Under the pieces are notes generated by a model. The model searched no databases. It was not told the origin of the DNA and saw nothing but the letters and a program-made list of their open reading frames with translations. A program made the position numbers and the translations under genes. Positions 37,047-47,401 of a stretch of DNA of 64,000 nt are shown here, piece by piece. The stretch covers positions 1,017 to 65,016 of the forward strand of contig JADHNB010000002.1 of assembly GCA_016779705.1 (NCBI GenBank). Reading direction: 5' to 3'. Origin of the DNA: Poseidonia sp. (GTDB lineage Archaea > Thermoplasmatota > Poseidoniia > Poseidoniales > Poseidoniaceae). Numbering within the stretch: position 1 is the stretch's first letter; the number at the start of each line of letters is the position of its first letter.

Positions 37047-40000
37047 ATGTTTGAACTGCCCCAAGGAAAACCCGTCAACGAACCCGTCTCGCTGGTGGAA
37101 GGCGAACTGCAAGCCTTTGCCCACGGAGCGATCTCAACCTACATCGGCCGTCGAAAAACCCCGGTTGGCCACCGCTTGGTGCGTGGCGGTCGCATCGTTG
37201 GATGGGTGGCCGAGGGGAAAGGCGCCAACGAAATCCTGGGAGGAAGCGAAGCCAGAACCGCCCTTGAGGCGCTTGAAGGCGAACAAAAAGCCCGCCACTT
37301 GGCCACGTCCTACACGTTGAACGGGCTGGGAAGTTTAGCCGAAGTGCTGCCCGAGGCGTTTGTTCACCAAGCCGACCGGCAAGGCCTCAAAGCCGCACAA
37401 AACACGGTCGAACGCTTGTTGGCACGAGACCTTTCAACGGTCATTCGTGAACTCAGTGCTCACCCAACGGTTCGTGGGGCCATGGCGGTTGATGCGGGCA
37501 TGCTCATCGACCATGCAGGTGACCTCCCCGGCTTGGGCCAGGAAGAATCTTTGGCGAGTGAAATCCATGAACTCCTTTCCAAAATGCGGCCCGAGACGTT
37601 GAGCGAAGAACTCGGCATGAAAGGCCACGGGCATTGGACCCTGCACAGTGGCGATGGTGCGTTGTTGCTGGCGCAAAGCGGAGAGATTTCCGTGGCCGTA
37701 TGGACCGAGAAAGACGCCAATCACGCCCGGTTGCTCGCAACGGCTTCCGTTGCTCTGGATGGCGAAGCCGTGGCTGCGGGATCTCACGGAACAAAACTTC
37801 CCGAGGGGTTCACGCTTCGCGAAGGTCGGGGCGGCCCCGACGCCGTGGTGTCAATGCTCAAAGCGGGTCTTGACGAAGACGTGACGGGGCACATCCAAGC
37901 CGGTTCCTCGAGCAAAGCCGTTTCGTTGATCTTGCAGCGGGGCGTTCCCGTCGCCCTTTGGGCTCCTTCGGAGGAGACCATGGAAGATGCGGTGATGGGT
38001 TTGACCGAGTCCAAACGGAAAGTCAAGCTTCTTCGATTCCCTGCGGGCACCATCGTGTCCAACAAGTCAGGGACGGTGGATGCCTTCTCGTTGAATGAAT
38101 TCACCCAACTTCTCGCCACCGTTCGTACGCGCTCAGAAGCACGTCAAGCCTCGCTCAAGGCACTTCTTGACGAATTGTTGGGCTTTGAGGCCGGGATTGA
38201 GTCCTTGAAGAAAGCCCGCTCCGGCATGACCTTTGCAGGAGGGAGCATGGAGGTCGCTGAGCCCCTTCCGTTGATGGGTGAACAAGCGGTCAGTGCCGTC
38301 GACGCAGGTTTGCGCCGTCGCCTTGAACAAGCCGAACAAACCATTGATGAACTCAACAAGCTCAATGCGGTGCTTGAAACTCAAGTGAAAGCCGTCGAAA
38401 AGAAGCGGGAAGCCGCCCAAATCGTTGCGAGAGAGGCGACGGAAACTCGGCAGGAAAACACGGTGGCGTTGGAGGACGCCCATGCAAAACTAAACTCAAT
38501 GCAAGTGGATTTGGCCCAAGCACGAAGTCAATCCGAAGAAGCCGAAGCTCGTGCCGAACGTCTGCTGCGTCGCGTGAACGAACTGGAGCATCAGGTGAGT
38601 GAGCGGGCCGCTGAACTTGCAAAAGCGGTTGGTGATGCGGCCAGCAGCGAAGCTCTCCACGAACTGATTGAATCGTTGGCCTTGAAAGAAGCGGAATTGC
38701 AAGCCAACTTGACCGAGGGAGCGCAACGGCTCAACAACATTCGTCAGCAGAGCGAGGACGAAGAGCGACGATTGCGCGTGCTCTCCGAGCAGGTCAACAC
38801 CACCCGAGAGCGCCACGCTCGCACGCAAGCCGACTTGTTGGCGCTGCAGGAACAAGTTCACCTCAACAACATGGAACTCGATGCGGTTCGTGCAGAAGAA
38901 AAGCAGGTTCGCCAACGAACCGACGAAGAACGCACGCGACGAGCGGAAGACGAAGCCCGTCGAGCCAACTTGCAAGCCGAACTTCGGGAATTGATGGACG
39001 AACGACGGACGTTGTTGCGAGAACTCGGTGACTTGGGAGCACGACGAGGCCACAGTGAAGCCGAATTGGCGTCGCTGGTTGACAAGGCGTCAGCCTTGGC
39101 CGAAGCGCATGAAGAAGCGCTCGCTGACATCCAAGAGGCCGAACGATTGCGGGCCCGACTCGCTGAGGAGCCGCTCGCTCAAGCCCTGCTTGACGACAAC
39201 AACACCTTCCAAGGGCTAGGCCCGGTGTTGGAACGCTTGGAACACGCCCGAAGCCTCGGCTATTCGGTGACGCTGCTGGACCGAGCGGTCGAGCGGGCGT
39301 TGCAGGTGATTCAATCCACCGTTGACCATGTCGCGGCCACACCCCGCCATCTCCTCTCTTCCGAGGTCATGACCCTGTTGGAGCGGCAAGTCCCCCAAAC
39401 GGCGGGAGCCGTCCGTGGATTGGCGCGGTGGTCGGTGCAACAACGTTTGGAGCACCAACTCGGGGAGACCGTCAACCATGTGGTCTTGGATTTGGAACAT
39501 CTCCTCGAGGATTTTGACCGGTCCATCACCATGTTGCGGCGAATTCGCAACGTTCTGGAACAGATCGAGCGGCTCGGAGCGCCAAGTCATGAGGTCCAAG
39601 CCCTGTTGGCCAATTGCCAGCGACCCGAGGCGCTGCCAAGCCTTGCCCAGGGAACACGACGCCTGATTCAAGTGGCTCTTGACGACATTTATTTGGAAGC
39701 CGACCAACGAGATGCGGGCGAAGCCATTGGACTGGAGGAAACCGCCCGAGTGCTTGAAGAGCTCATCACGCAACTCGACGCTTCGGGCTTGACCGACGGC
39801 CGACCTCGCGGCATGATGTGGGACTTCCAGCGTGACGGCTACCTTCCCTTTGAGCGGGAATCGGTGCCGACTGAACAGCGAATTCCCGTGAGTGAATCGA
39901 TGATGGAAGACTTGGAGTCCACGCTCATCAACGCCGAGGTGGTCTCGTCCATCGAGCCGAGCAACACCGCCCGTGTGGATGAAGAGGGGTGGAGTGAGTT

Positions 40001-40235
40001 GCCACCGCCCAACGACGAAGAAACGGAGGCCTTGGAGGTCAGCGGACGCGTCCTGACCTCAACCTCAGCCGTTGCCTCAATGGAAGATGAGCGAGCCGCC
40101 TTGGAAGCCGAATTGGCCCGATTGGACGCCGAACGGCACCATCGCTCGGTGACGGCCACGGTTCCCGCCGCCTCGACGCCTGCCGATGCCGCCCTAGCGT
40201 CCTTGGAATCCAAACTTTCCAACCTTGACTTCTAA
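37047..40235 (+). CDS. Giant cytoplasmic protein: DUF4388/PATAN-like plus internal Roadblock-like domain plus ~300-aa coiled coil plus helical and acidic C-terminal region
   Basis: 1062 aa. Residues ~15-100 (LVEGELQAFAHGAISTYIGRRKTPVGHRLVRGGRIVGWVAEG..GSEARTALEAL) and ~270-345 look DUF4388-like. Residues ~120-235 (VRGAMAVDAGMLIDHAGDL..HWTLHSGDGALLLAQSGE) look Roadblock-like. Residues ~420-740 are heptad-rich (E/A/R/L/Q). No P-loop found. Confidence 0.65.
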   Translation: MFELPQGKPVNEPVSLVEGELQAFAHGAISTYIGRRKTPVGHRLVRGGRIVGWVAEGKGANEILGGSEARTALEALEGEQKARHLATSYTLNGLGSLAEVLPEAFVHQADRQGLKAAQNTVERLLARDLSTVIRELSAHPTVRGAMAVDAGMLIDHAGDLPGLGQEESLASEIHELLSKMRPETLSEELGMKGHGHWTLHSGDGALLLAQSGEISVAVWTEKDANHARLLATASVALDGEAVAAGSHGTKLPEGFTLREGRGGPDAVVSMLKAGLDEDVTGHIQAGSSSKAVSLILQRGVPVALWAPSEETMEDAVMGLTESKRKVKLLRFPAGTIVSNKSGTVDAFSLNEFTQLLATVRTRSEARQASLKALLDELLGFEAGIESLKKARSGMTFAGGSMEVAEPLPLMGEQAVSAVDAGLRRRLEQAEQTIDELNKLNAVLETQVKAVEKKREAAQIVAREATETRQENTVALEDAHAKLNSMQVDLAQARSQSEEAEARAERLLRRVNELEHQVSERAAELAKAVGDAASSEALHELIESLALKEAELQANLTEGAQRLNNIRQQSEDEERRLRVLSEQVNTTRERHARTQADLLALQEQVHLNNMELDAVRAEEKQVRQRTDEERTRRAEDEARRANLQAELRELMDERRTLLRELGDLGARRGHSEAELASLVDKASALAEAHEEALADIQEAERLRARLAEEPLAQALLDDNNTFQGLGPVLERLEHARSLGYSVTLLDRAVERALQVIQSTVDHVAATPRHLLSSEVMTLLERQVPQTAGAVRGLARWSVQQRLEHQLGETVNHVVLDLEHLLEDFDRSITMLRRIRNVLEQIERLGAPSHEVQALLANCQRPEALPSLAQGTRRLIQVALDDIYLEADQRDAGEAIGLEETARVLEELITQLDASGLTDGRPRGMMWDFQRDGYLPFERESVPTEQRIPVSESMMEDLESTLINAEVVSSIEPSNTARVDEEGWSELPPPNDEETEALEVSGRVLTSTSAVASMEDERAALEAELARLDAERHHRSVTATVPAASTPADAALASLESKLSNLDF

Positions 40236-40247
40236 CGGTGAGCAAAC

Positions 40248-40496
40248 ATGACGCAGGCCACCCCCCTCATCGGTCGTGAGGAAACGCAAGGCCGGCCCTA
40301 TCCGTTATGGATTGAACGGGTCTTGTTGGTGTTGGCGGCCGTGACCTTCGTGATGGGCGCCAACGGCGTCGCTGAATCGATTGACCACCCTGTTTTGGGG
40401 CCGCTGGCCGCTTATCTGGCGTTCCCGTTGCTTCTCCTCGCCGTCGTGGAACTGCTCGGTCGGATGGTCCAGACGAGGCACGCCTCAAGGTTGTGA
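40248..40496 (+). CDS. Small two-TM membrane protein (hypothetical)
   Basis: 82 aa with two hydrophobic helices. It starts 12 nt after the coiled-coil gene stop. Confidence 0.5.
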   Translation: MTQATPLIGREETQGRPYPLWIERVLLVLAAVTFVMGANGVAESIDHPVLGPLAAYLAFPLLLLAVVELLGRMVQTRHASRL

Positions 40497-41702
40497 GAAA
40501 TCCTTGCCAGCCGGTTTCGAAGGAAGACGGTTGGTTCGTGCCTGGATGAACCCGATCACCCGTTGCCATGGGATGAAGAATCGCAACACTGCCATCATGC
40601 TCAAGAAGAGAAGAGCGGAAATCACGAGACCGTAGGTGAGGGTCAGTTCAATCGATTCCGAAACCTGGCCCGCCCATTGGCTACCGGTGGTGTCCGAAAC
40701 CACGGTGAGCAGCACTTTGTGGAAACCGAGTGCGACCATCGTGGCGACGCCGGTGAGGCCGAGGAAGAGGAAGGTGTGGCGGAGGTGCGTGTTGAGAACG
40801 TTGTCCATTTGACGGACGTATTCGGGGTCTCGCTTACAGGATTCAGGGAGGCGGAAGGCGTACTCGAGGTTTCGAATCACCCCATAACTCGCTTCTTGGA
40901 AGACCATGATCAGGACCGCAATGAGGATCAAATTGAATTGCTCTTGAGTGACCAATTTCAAACCGAACAGGCCGATCGTGGGGTTGGAGGTCTGACTCTC
41001 AAGCGTGGCGAGGGTGCCGCCGTAGGAGCCGAGCTGGGATTTGATGAGCGGGAAGGTCAAAATGGCGTGAATCCCCAAGAAAAGCAACGTGAAGCCAATG
41101 GCCCAAGCGATGGAACGACGGGAAAGTCCCCAAATGCCTCGGGTGCCCATGATGACGGGCAAGAGGTAAATGAACAGAATAAGCAAGGACATGATCATGA
41201 GCAACGGCCACTGGAGGGTCTCCAGTTCAGCATCGGTGGGTAGGCGCAAATCAAACGAAAACAACATCCCGGCGAACCACGACAACACCAACCGACCAAC
41301 GAGGAGCACGATGAGCCCGACGATGAACCCGAGTTTAATGCGCTGCTGAACTTTCGGGGTCTGGAAGGCGATGAACGCCATCATACCACCAAGGCTCAAT
41401 CCAAGCACGAGGGGGACGAAGAATCGGCCCATGCCGTCCCTTCCCTCGCCGGTCAACCAGTCACCAAGAGGAAGTTGGTCAGAAATCAACAGTTCGATGG
41501 TGTCAAACAGAATGGTGTGGTCGATGGAACCCACGACGTAGGTGGACACGACTTCGAGGTACATCGCCACCAACGCTACCGTCGCCAAGATCTGCAGGGC
41601 CAAAATTTGCCATTGTTTCCGCAGATTCTTGAGGTGCAGGGTTCGAGGCTTGGCACTGCCTTCGAGGTACACATCGGATTGTAGACCCACTTCACCTGCC
41701 AT
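40485..41702 (-). CDS. Polytopic membrane protein (hypothetical), last gene of the DUF58 string
   Basis: 405 aa with about 9 TM helices. Its start is 1 nt after the DUF58 gene stop. Confidence 0.6.
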   Translation of the reverse strand: MAGEVGLQSDVYLEGSAKPRTLHLKNLRKQWQILALQILATVALVAMYLEVVSTYVVGSIDHTILFDTIELLISDQLPLGDWLTGEGRDGMGRFFVPLVLGLSLGGMMAFIAFQTPKVQQRIKLGFIVGLIVLLVGRLVLSWFAGMLFSFDLRLPTDAELETLQWPLLMIMSLLILFIYLLPVIMGTRGIWGLSRRSIAWAIGFTLLFLGIHAILTFPLIKSQLGSYGGTLATLESQTSNPTIGLFGLKLVTQEQFNLILIAVLIMVFQEASYGVIRNLEYAFRLPESCKRDPEYVRQMDNVLNTHLRHTFLFLGLTGVATMVALGFHKVLLTVVSDTTGSQWAGQVSESIELTLTYGLVISALLFLSMMAVLRFFIPWQRVIGFIQARTNRLPSKPAGKDFSQP

Positions 41703-41703
41703 T

Positions 41704-42966
41704 TCAGTACCCCCTCACCTGCATCAAGGCCTGAGACAAATCCATGTCCGGCATCCAATCAATGACCTGGGCTCCTGAACCTGCCAAGGTGGTGAGCCGG
41801 TTCTGTCGTTCCAACTTGAGCACTTCATAGGACATGCGTGGAATCCGGCTCACCAAGCGCTCGAAGTCAACGCTTGAGGGCGAGAGCACGGTGACTTCGT
41901 GACCTCGCCCGACGAGGTCACGCACAGCGGCCGGCACGGTCCCGTCGCCTTCGCATGAAGAAATGATGAACACCGGGCTGCCTCGACTAAAGCGGCCGCT
42001 CAAAGAGTTGGTAACCGCTTGAAGCGGCATGGCCCCTTTCGGCGTGACGCCCGCAAGGGCACTGAGGATCTTGAAGTACTGCTTGTCTCCCGTATCGGGG
42101 GGCAAATAAGCCAATTTCTCGTCGTAAATGGCCAACGCCACGGAATCACGCCGCTTCAGGAAGAAGGCCGCCAGACTGGCAGCGGAAACGGTGCCCATCT
42201 CGAGGGGATTTTTCAGCACCGTGCCGATGCGAGCGAGGTCTCGGCTGTCCAAAATGAGGTACAAGTCCGTGACCGCATCACGGCATTTCTCGTTCACCAT
42301 CAATTCACCGGTTCGTGCGAAGGCCTTCCAGTTGATGTTCTTGAACGGGTCACCGGGTACATACTCCCGCAGGGAGTAAAATTCGGAACCTTGCCCTGGC
42401 GTGCGCAACGTGGTGGCACCGGTGTACATTTTGGGAGTCCGGCTTCGCAAGAACGCTTCTTCGATGTCTTTGATTTGCGGGAAAATGACGATGTCGCTGT
42501 GATGATCGACGTACATCTCTTCGACGCCCAGATTGAAGGTGTTTCGAGCTCGCAAGGAGACCGGCCCGATGGAATAGTGGCCCCGCAACGGGCAACGCAG
42601 CACGTATCGAATGCGGGCGCTTTCACCCGGCTTGAGGTTCAATTGCATTTGGTTGAGCCCGCTTCGCAATTTCATTTCGTGGGGAATGTTGTCGTAGATG
42701 TCAAGCATCTGGGTTTTGCGATTGCTCCGGTTCGTTACCAAGAGTTCAACATAGAGGTCGTCCCCTTTGTACAGGTTGTCCGCCGAAAGCGTGCGCTGAA
42801 CTTCGACATCACCGTGACCTGAAATCCATGAATTGACCACGATGAAGGCGACGAGGGTCAAGCCTAGAATCATCATTTGTTGATTGGAAATCATCATTCC
42901 AATGAGCACCAAGGCGATGCCGCCGGTGAAGGTGAAGGCTGCTTTCCGTGTCCACATTGGCCTCAC
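41704..42966 (-). CDS. DUF58 domain protein (vWA-like, normally a MoxR partner)
   Basis: Two N-terminal TM helices, an Ig-like segment, then the hallmark GSEFYSLREYVPGDPFKNINWKAFARTGELMVNE. Confidence 0.75.
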   Translation of the reverse strand: MRPMWTRKAAFTFTGGIALVLIGMMISNQQMMILGLTLVAFIVVNSWISGHGDVEVQRTLSADNLYKGDDLYVELLVTNRSNRKTQMLDIYDNIPHEMKLRSGLNQMQLNLKPGESARIRYVLRCPLRGHYSIGPVSLRARNTFNLGVEEMYVDHHSDIVIFPQIKDIEEAFLRSRTPKMYTGATTLRTPGQGSEFYSLREYVPGDPFKNINWKAFARTGELMVNEKCRDAVTDLYLILDSRDLARIGTVLKNPLEMGTVSAASLAAFFLKRRDSVALAIYDEKLAYLPPDTGDKQYFKILSALAGVTPKGAMPLQAVTNSLSGRFSRGSPVFIISSCEGDGTVPAAVRDLVGRGHEVTVLSPSSVDFERLVSRIPRMSYEVLKLERQNRLTTLAGSGAQVIDWMPDMDLSQALMQVRGY

Positions 42967-42970
42967 TTCC

Positions 42971-44695
42971 CTATTGACGACCCCACGCCTTGATGCGTTT
43001 CACCAACGCGACGGTCTGTTCGAGCGTGTACTTGTTGCTGGATTCAACGGCAAATTTAGCCAACACGGGGTCGTTGATCATGGCGACCAGTTCGCTGGCT
43101 TTCATCGCTTGGAATTCATCATGGTTCAGACCGTTTTGATTGCGGACCTTGGACAAGAACACCTGTCGGATTTTTTCTACCTTGGAGTAGTAGGCGTAGC
43201 GATTGGCATCACCAAACCCGTAGTAGATGATGCTGAACACGTGTCGCCAAGGTTCAGGGTCACGCTTCTTGATGAGCACGGCCTCGAAGGTGATGAACAA
43301 AATGAGGAAGAGCAACAGCATCGCAAGACCTTCACCGGTGAAATAGACGAGCAGGAAGTAGACGGTGTTGTACGAGTCGGCGGCCAAGGCGCTTTGTGGG
43401 TGGCGGGATTCGTCGAAGATGACCATGGCGTTTTGGGCGGGTTGCCCCTCTTCGCCAACCAACTCGCTCATCAGGGATTCAGCGATGTAATCCAACGCCC
43501 ATTTGCGGTTGTCGTTGCTGGGCATCAAGGTGTCGGTGGGTCCGTACTTCCCTTCATTGAATCCTTCGTAATCGTAAATCGCATTGATGAGGGCCGACCC
43601 ATCGGCAACAAAGAGGATGCGTCCACCATCGCTGGGGTTGCAACTCGCTCGAGCACACACTTCGATGCTCAAGTTGAATTGGCCCCAGCGGTCAGGGGTT
43701 TCAGGCGTTATTTCATTCCCAACCCAAATTTCACCGTCGCCGTTCACGTCCACCGTAGCCTCGTTGCTGGTGATGGCGCGGATGGCGACCTCAGAAAGCG
43801 GGCCGCGGACCCCTTGCATGACCTCAAGGCCGGTGATGTTGTTGAGCAGCATTTGATAGGTTCCGTTGTAGTCGATTTGGTTGCCAATGAGGTGCTGCGC
43901 ACACAAACCGGCGTCCTCTTCGCTGGAAAAGGCCGTCCCTTGGAGTCGGGAACACGGGTGCTCGCCTGGCGAACCAACGTCGGCCCAACGTTCATGTTCG
44001 GACAACGTGGTGGGGTCAAGAACGGTACCGTTCATGCCGCAAGGGTTGCTCTGCACGCACATCCAGATGTAATTAAAGTCCAATTCGGCAACGTAGGTGG
44101 TATCGAAAACCTGTTCACCCGTGTAGCGAATGCCGAAGGCCTCAGCGATGGTGCTGGCGTAGCCGTAGTCTTCGAAGACCATGGCGGTGCCGCCGGCCTC
44201 AACAAACTCGACGATGGCGTTGATCTCGGAGGGCGAATACCCGTTGCCCGATGCGATGGTGATGAAGCCGTCGTCGTCAAATTGGGGTAGGGTGAGCGTG
44301 TCGCGCTCGACGCCAGCGAGGACATAGGTCGTGTTTCGGGGGTCCTCGATGTCGGCCAGCAGCAGTGGGCTGCTGACCAATGAGCGGGTTTCAATCCCCA
44401 TGTCCTTGATGTCTTCGCGGAAGGCCGACATGTCGTTCCAATCGTCATCGTACGCCGAGAGTTGATTGGTAGCGCTCAGGTTGATGAAGTTGAGCAAGAT
44501 GGTCATCAACAAGACCAGCATGACCCCCCAGAACGAAGCTTGCAGCGCAAGCCTTCGAACATTGAGATTCGCAGGGAGGCCGAGCATTGGAATCACTGGG
44601 AAGAGCGTTCCCACAAAAACCACGGCTCCCGCTGACTTTAGAAGGTTGTCCACACCGGTGGCGAAAATGCTCATCCGAAGACGAACGCAGTTCAC
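42971..44695 (-). CDS. DUF4350-like membrane-anchored protein
   Basis: 574 aa. N-terminal TM, then LSAYDDDWNDMSAFREDIKDMG..TYVLAGVE..INAIVEFVEAGGTAMVFED (DUF4350/GldG-like pattern), a late TM (VYFLLVYFTGEGLAMLLLFLILFITF) and a cytoplasmic tail. The GTG start overlaps the PRC-barrel stop (GTGA). Confidence 0.55.
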   Translation of the reverse strand: MNCVRLRMSIFATGVDNLLKSAGAVVFVGTLFPVIPMLGLPANLNVRRLALQASFWGVMLVLLMTILLNFINLSATNQLSAYDDDWNDMSAFREDIKDMGIETRSLVSSPLLLADIEDPRNTTYVLAGVERDTLTLPQFDDDGFITIASGNGYSPSEINAIVEFVEAGGTAMVFEDYGYASTIAEAFGIRYTGEQVFDTTYVAELDFNYIWMCVQSNPCGMNGTVLDPTTLSEHERWADVGSPGEHPCSRLQGTAFSSEEDAGLCAQHLIGNQIDYNGTYQMLLNNITGLEVMQGVRGPLSEVAIRAITSNEATVDVNGDGEIWVGNEITPETPDRWGQFNLSIEVCARASCNPSDGGRILFVADGSALINAIYDYEGFNEGKYGPTDTLMPSNDNRKWALDYIAESLMSELVGEEGQPAQNAMVIFDESRHPQSALAADSYNTVYFLLVYFTGEGLAMLLLFLILFITFEAVLIKKRDPEPWRHVFSIIYYGFGDANRYAYYSKVEKIRQVFLSKVRNQNGLNHDEFQAMKASELVAMINDPVLAKFAVESSNKYTLEQTVALVKRIKAWGRQ

Positions 44696-44931
44696 TGATT
44701 CAAGTGGATTTTCGCAGCGATTCTGGCCACCGCGGAAGCGGGGATGGTGACCGTGGTTGAATCGTGCTCAAACGGCAGGGCAGCAGGGTCCACCGTGGCC
44801 TCCACACGAACGACCAACTCGCTGATGGAACCCGTGTTCAGTTCAAAGTGAACATCGACCAAGGTCCCGAGGGTGGCTCCGGTTCGGTCCAAGACCGACC
44901 TGCCAAGCACCTCTCGTCCGAAGATGGCCAT
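44692..44931 (-). CDS. Stand-alone PRC-barrel domain protein
   Basis: 79 aa. FGREVLGRSVLDRTGATLGTLVDVHFELNTGSISELVV..TIPASAVARI fits the PRC-barrel pattern. Confidence 0.65.
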   Translation of the reverse strand: MAIFGREVLGRSVLDRTGATLGTLVDVHFELNTGSISELVVRVEATVDPAALPFEHDSTTVTIPASAVARIAAKIHLNQ

Positions 44932-44997
44932 GCTCCCCTCGCCTCGGTGGTCGGTTGGAAGGCAATCCCATCAATGCGTCGGTGGAGCCTTGCAACC

Positions 44998-47226
44998 TCA
45001 CATCGTTTCCATGCCACGGCTGAAATCACGATTTCGCTTGATGTTGGTCAATCCGGATGTCAGACGGGTCTCCATCTTTTGGTAATACTCGAGCATGTCG
45101 GGGGTGACGGTGGGTCGGACACGTGAGATGGCTTCCTCGAAGTGAGCCTTGGTGACCTTCTTTTTCCCAGTCCGCATACAGATGAGGGCGGCTTCACGGC
45201 ACACGGCCTCGATGTCGGCACCGGTAAACCCGTCCATGCCCGAAAGAAGGTCCTTGAACGAGAACTTGCCGAGCGGCATGCCTTCGCTGTGAATGGCAAA
45301 AATGGCTTCTCGAGCGCCTGCATCGGGGGGCGGTACGTGAAGCACGCGCTCAAAGCGACCGCTCCGCAAGAGGGCGGGGTCAATCATCTCAGGCCGGTTG
45401 GTGGCTGCGACGATGATCACGCCGTCCAAGGATTCCACGCCGTCCATGCTGGCGAGCAGCTGATTGACCACGCGATTGGCCACATCGGAGCCTTCGGAGG
45501 CGCTGCCGCCGCTTCGCATGGACGCAATCGATTCAAACTCGTCGAGGAAGATGATGGACGGAGCGGATTGTTTGGCTTTCTTGAAGATTTCACGAATGGC
45601 TCGTTCGGATTCACCGACCCATTTGGAAATCAGTTCGGGACCTTTGATGCTGATGAAATTCGCCTGGGCTTCGTTCGCAATGGCCTTCGCCAACAATGTT
45701 TTCCCCGTTCCAGGAGCCCCAAACAACACAATACCACGGGGGGGTTTGATGCCAAAGTGCTCGAACAACTCAGGCTTGGTTAACGGCCATTCCACCGATT
45801 CCTTCAAGCGGTCCTTGACTTCGTTCAAGCCGCCGACCTCTTCCCACGAAACTTCGGGGACTTCGACGTAAATTTCGCGCAAGGCGGAGGGTTCAATGTC
45901 ACGGATGGCTTCCTTGAAATCATCCATGCACACTTCCATCTTCTCCAGCACTTCGGGAGGAAGCGTTTCGTCTTCCAAATCAATTTCGGGGAGATACCGT
46001 CGCAGCGCCCTCATGGCGGCTTCCCTCACCAAGGCGGCGAGGTCGGCCCCGACGAACCCGTAGGTGTTGTCAAGCACCCATGCCACGTCGAAGTCATCGG
46101 CGATGGGCATCTGTCGGGTGTGAACGTCCATGATTTCATGGCGCCCCTCGCGGTCGGGAACCCCAATTTCGATCTCTCGGTCAAATCGTCCTGGGCGCCG
46201 AAGCGCTGGGTCAAGCGCATCCCTTCGGTTGGTAGCGCCAATGACCACCACGTTGTCACGGCCTTGCATGCCGTCCATCAGGGTCAGCATTTGAGCGACG
46301 ACACGGCGTTCAACTTCGCCCGTGACGTCTTCACGTTTGGGACAAATGGAATCAATTTCATCAATAAAAACGATGCCGGGGGCGTTTTCGGCCGCTTCGT
46401 CAAATATTTCGCGTAGTTGTTTCTCCGATTCACCGTAATACTTGGAAATAATTTCTGGACCGTTGATGCTCTTGAAATGGGCGTTCACTTCCGTGGCGAC
46501 GGCCTTGGCAATCATCGTTTTCCCTGTGCCGGGAGGGCCGTGCAAGAGAACCCCTTTGGGAGGGTCAATCCCTAGCCGGCGGAAGAGTTCGGGGTGCTTG
46601 AGGGGAAGTTCGATCATCTCACGAACCTTCTGAAGTTGCTGCCCAATCCCGCCAACATCCTCGTAAGTGATGCCCTCGGATTGGCTCATGTCTTCTTCGG
46701 CAACCGCCTCGTCCTTGATGACGATCTCGGTGTCGGTGTTGACCACGACAATCCCCTTGGGGACGGTGGCCATCACGGCGAAGGGGAGCGCTTCGGTGAA
46801 CAACGTCATTCCGGGGATGAAGATGCGGTCGCCAGCCATCACCGGTCGCTTGGCGAGGCCCCGCTTGGCGAAGCCTTCGATGCCCGGGCCAAATTTGACC
46901 TTCTGCTTGCTGGCCATGACGGGTGATATGGTGAGTTTGGTGCACGCCTTGGCCTCCACCTTTCGGACGGTGACTCGGTCGCCAAGACTCACGCCAGCGT
47001 TTTTTCGGATGATGCCGTCCACCCGGATAATATCCATCTTGGCGTCTTCGGGCCGGCTTCGCCAGTAGATGGCCGCCGTTGACCGCTCTTCACCGCTGAT
47101 CTCCACGAAGTCACCGGGTTTGAGGTCCAAGCCCATTTCCGATGAAATGCGGGCCCGGCCGAAACCGACGTCGGACGGGATGGCTTTGGATACGCGCAAT
47201 TCTACGGTTTCGTCTTTGGCTGCCAT
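44998..47226 (-). CDS. cdc48: Cdc48/VCP-like double-ring AAA+ ATPase
   Basis: N domain ([21 protein letters not shown]) and two AAA modules ([18 protein letters not shown]; [18 protein letters not shown]). I chose the start at ATG 47226 ([12 protein letters not shown]). Confidence 0.9.
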   Translation of the reverse strand: MAAKDETVELRVSKAIPSDVGFGRARISSEMGLDLKPGDFVEISGEERSTAAIYWRSRPEDAKMDIIRVDGIIRKNAGVSLGDRVTVRKVEAKACTKLTISPVMASKQKVKFGPGIEGFAKRGLAKRPVMAGDRIFIPGMTLFTEALPFAVMATVPKGIVVVNTDTEIVIKDEAVAEEDMSQSEGITYEDVGGIGQQLQKVREMIELPLKHPELFRRLGIDPPKGVLLHGPPGTGKTMIAKAVATEVNAHFKSINGPEIISKYYGESEKQLREIFDEAAENAPGIVFIDEIDSICPKREDVTGEVERRVVAQMLTLMDGMQGRDNVVVIGATNRRDALDPALRRPGRFDREIEIGVPDREGRHEIMDVHTRQMPIADDFDVAWVLDNTYGFVGADLAALVREAAMRALRRYLPEIDLEDETLPPEVLEKMEVCMDDFKEAIRDIEPSALREIYVEVPEVSWEEVGGLNEVKDRLKESVEWPLTKPELFEHFGIKPPRGIVLFGAPGTGKTLLAKAIANEAQANFISIKGPELISKWVGESERAIREIFKKAKQSAPSIIFLDEFESIASMRSGGSASEGSDVANRVVNQLLASMDGVESLDGVIIVAATNRPEMIDPALLRSGRFERVLHVPPPDAGAREAIFAIHSEGMPLGKFSFKDLLSGMDGFTGADIEAVCREAALICMRTGKKKVTKAHFEEAISRVRPTVTPDMLEYYQKMETRLTSGLTNIKRNRDFSRGMETM

Positions 47227-47401
47227 ACGCTCCTCTCCTCTCAAGCAACTGTCCTTGACGGTATATGAAGTCAATCAACCAGAATCATGAACGGGTCGCC
47301 GTCACGACGTCCCAAGGCCCCCCTTTAAACCCAAGCAAAACGGTTGATAGGGGACGGAGCACCGTCAACCAAACAGAGTCGCCATCACATTCAAGTGACG
47401 G

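Noticed and set aside
36694-47226. I searched the Roadblock operon for a small GTPase and the DUF58 string for a MoxR ATPase by looking for GxxxxGK[ST] P-loops.
   Set aside because: The only P-loops found in this interval are the two AAA modules of Cdc48. The absence of partners is reported as an observation, not as a feature.
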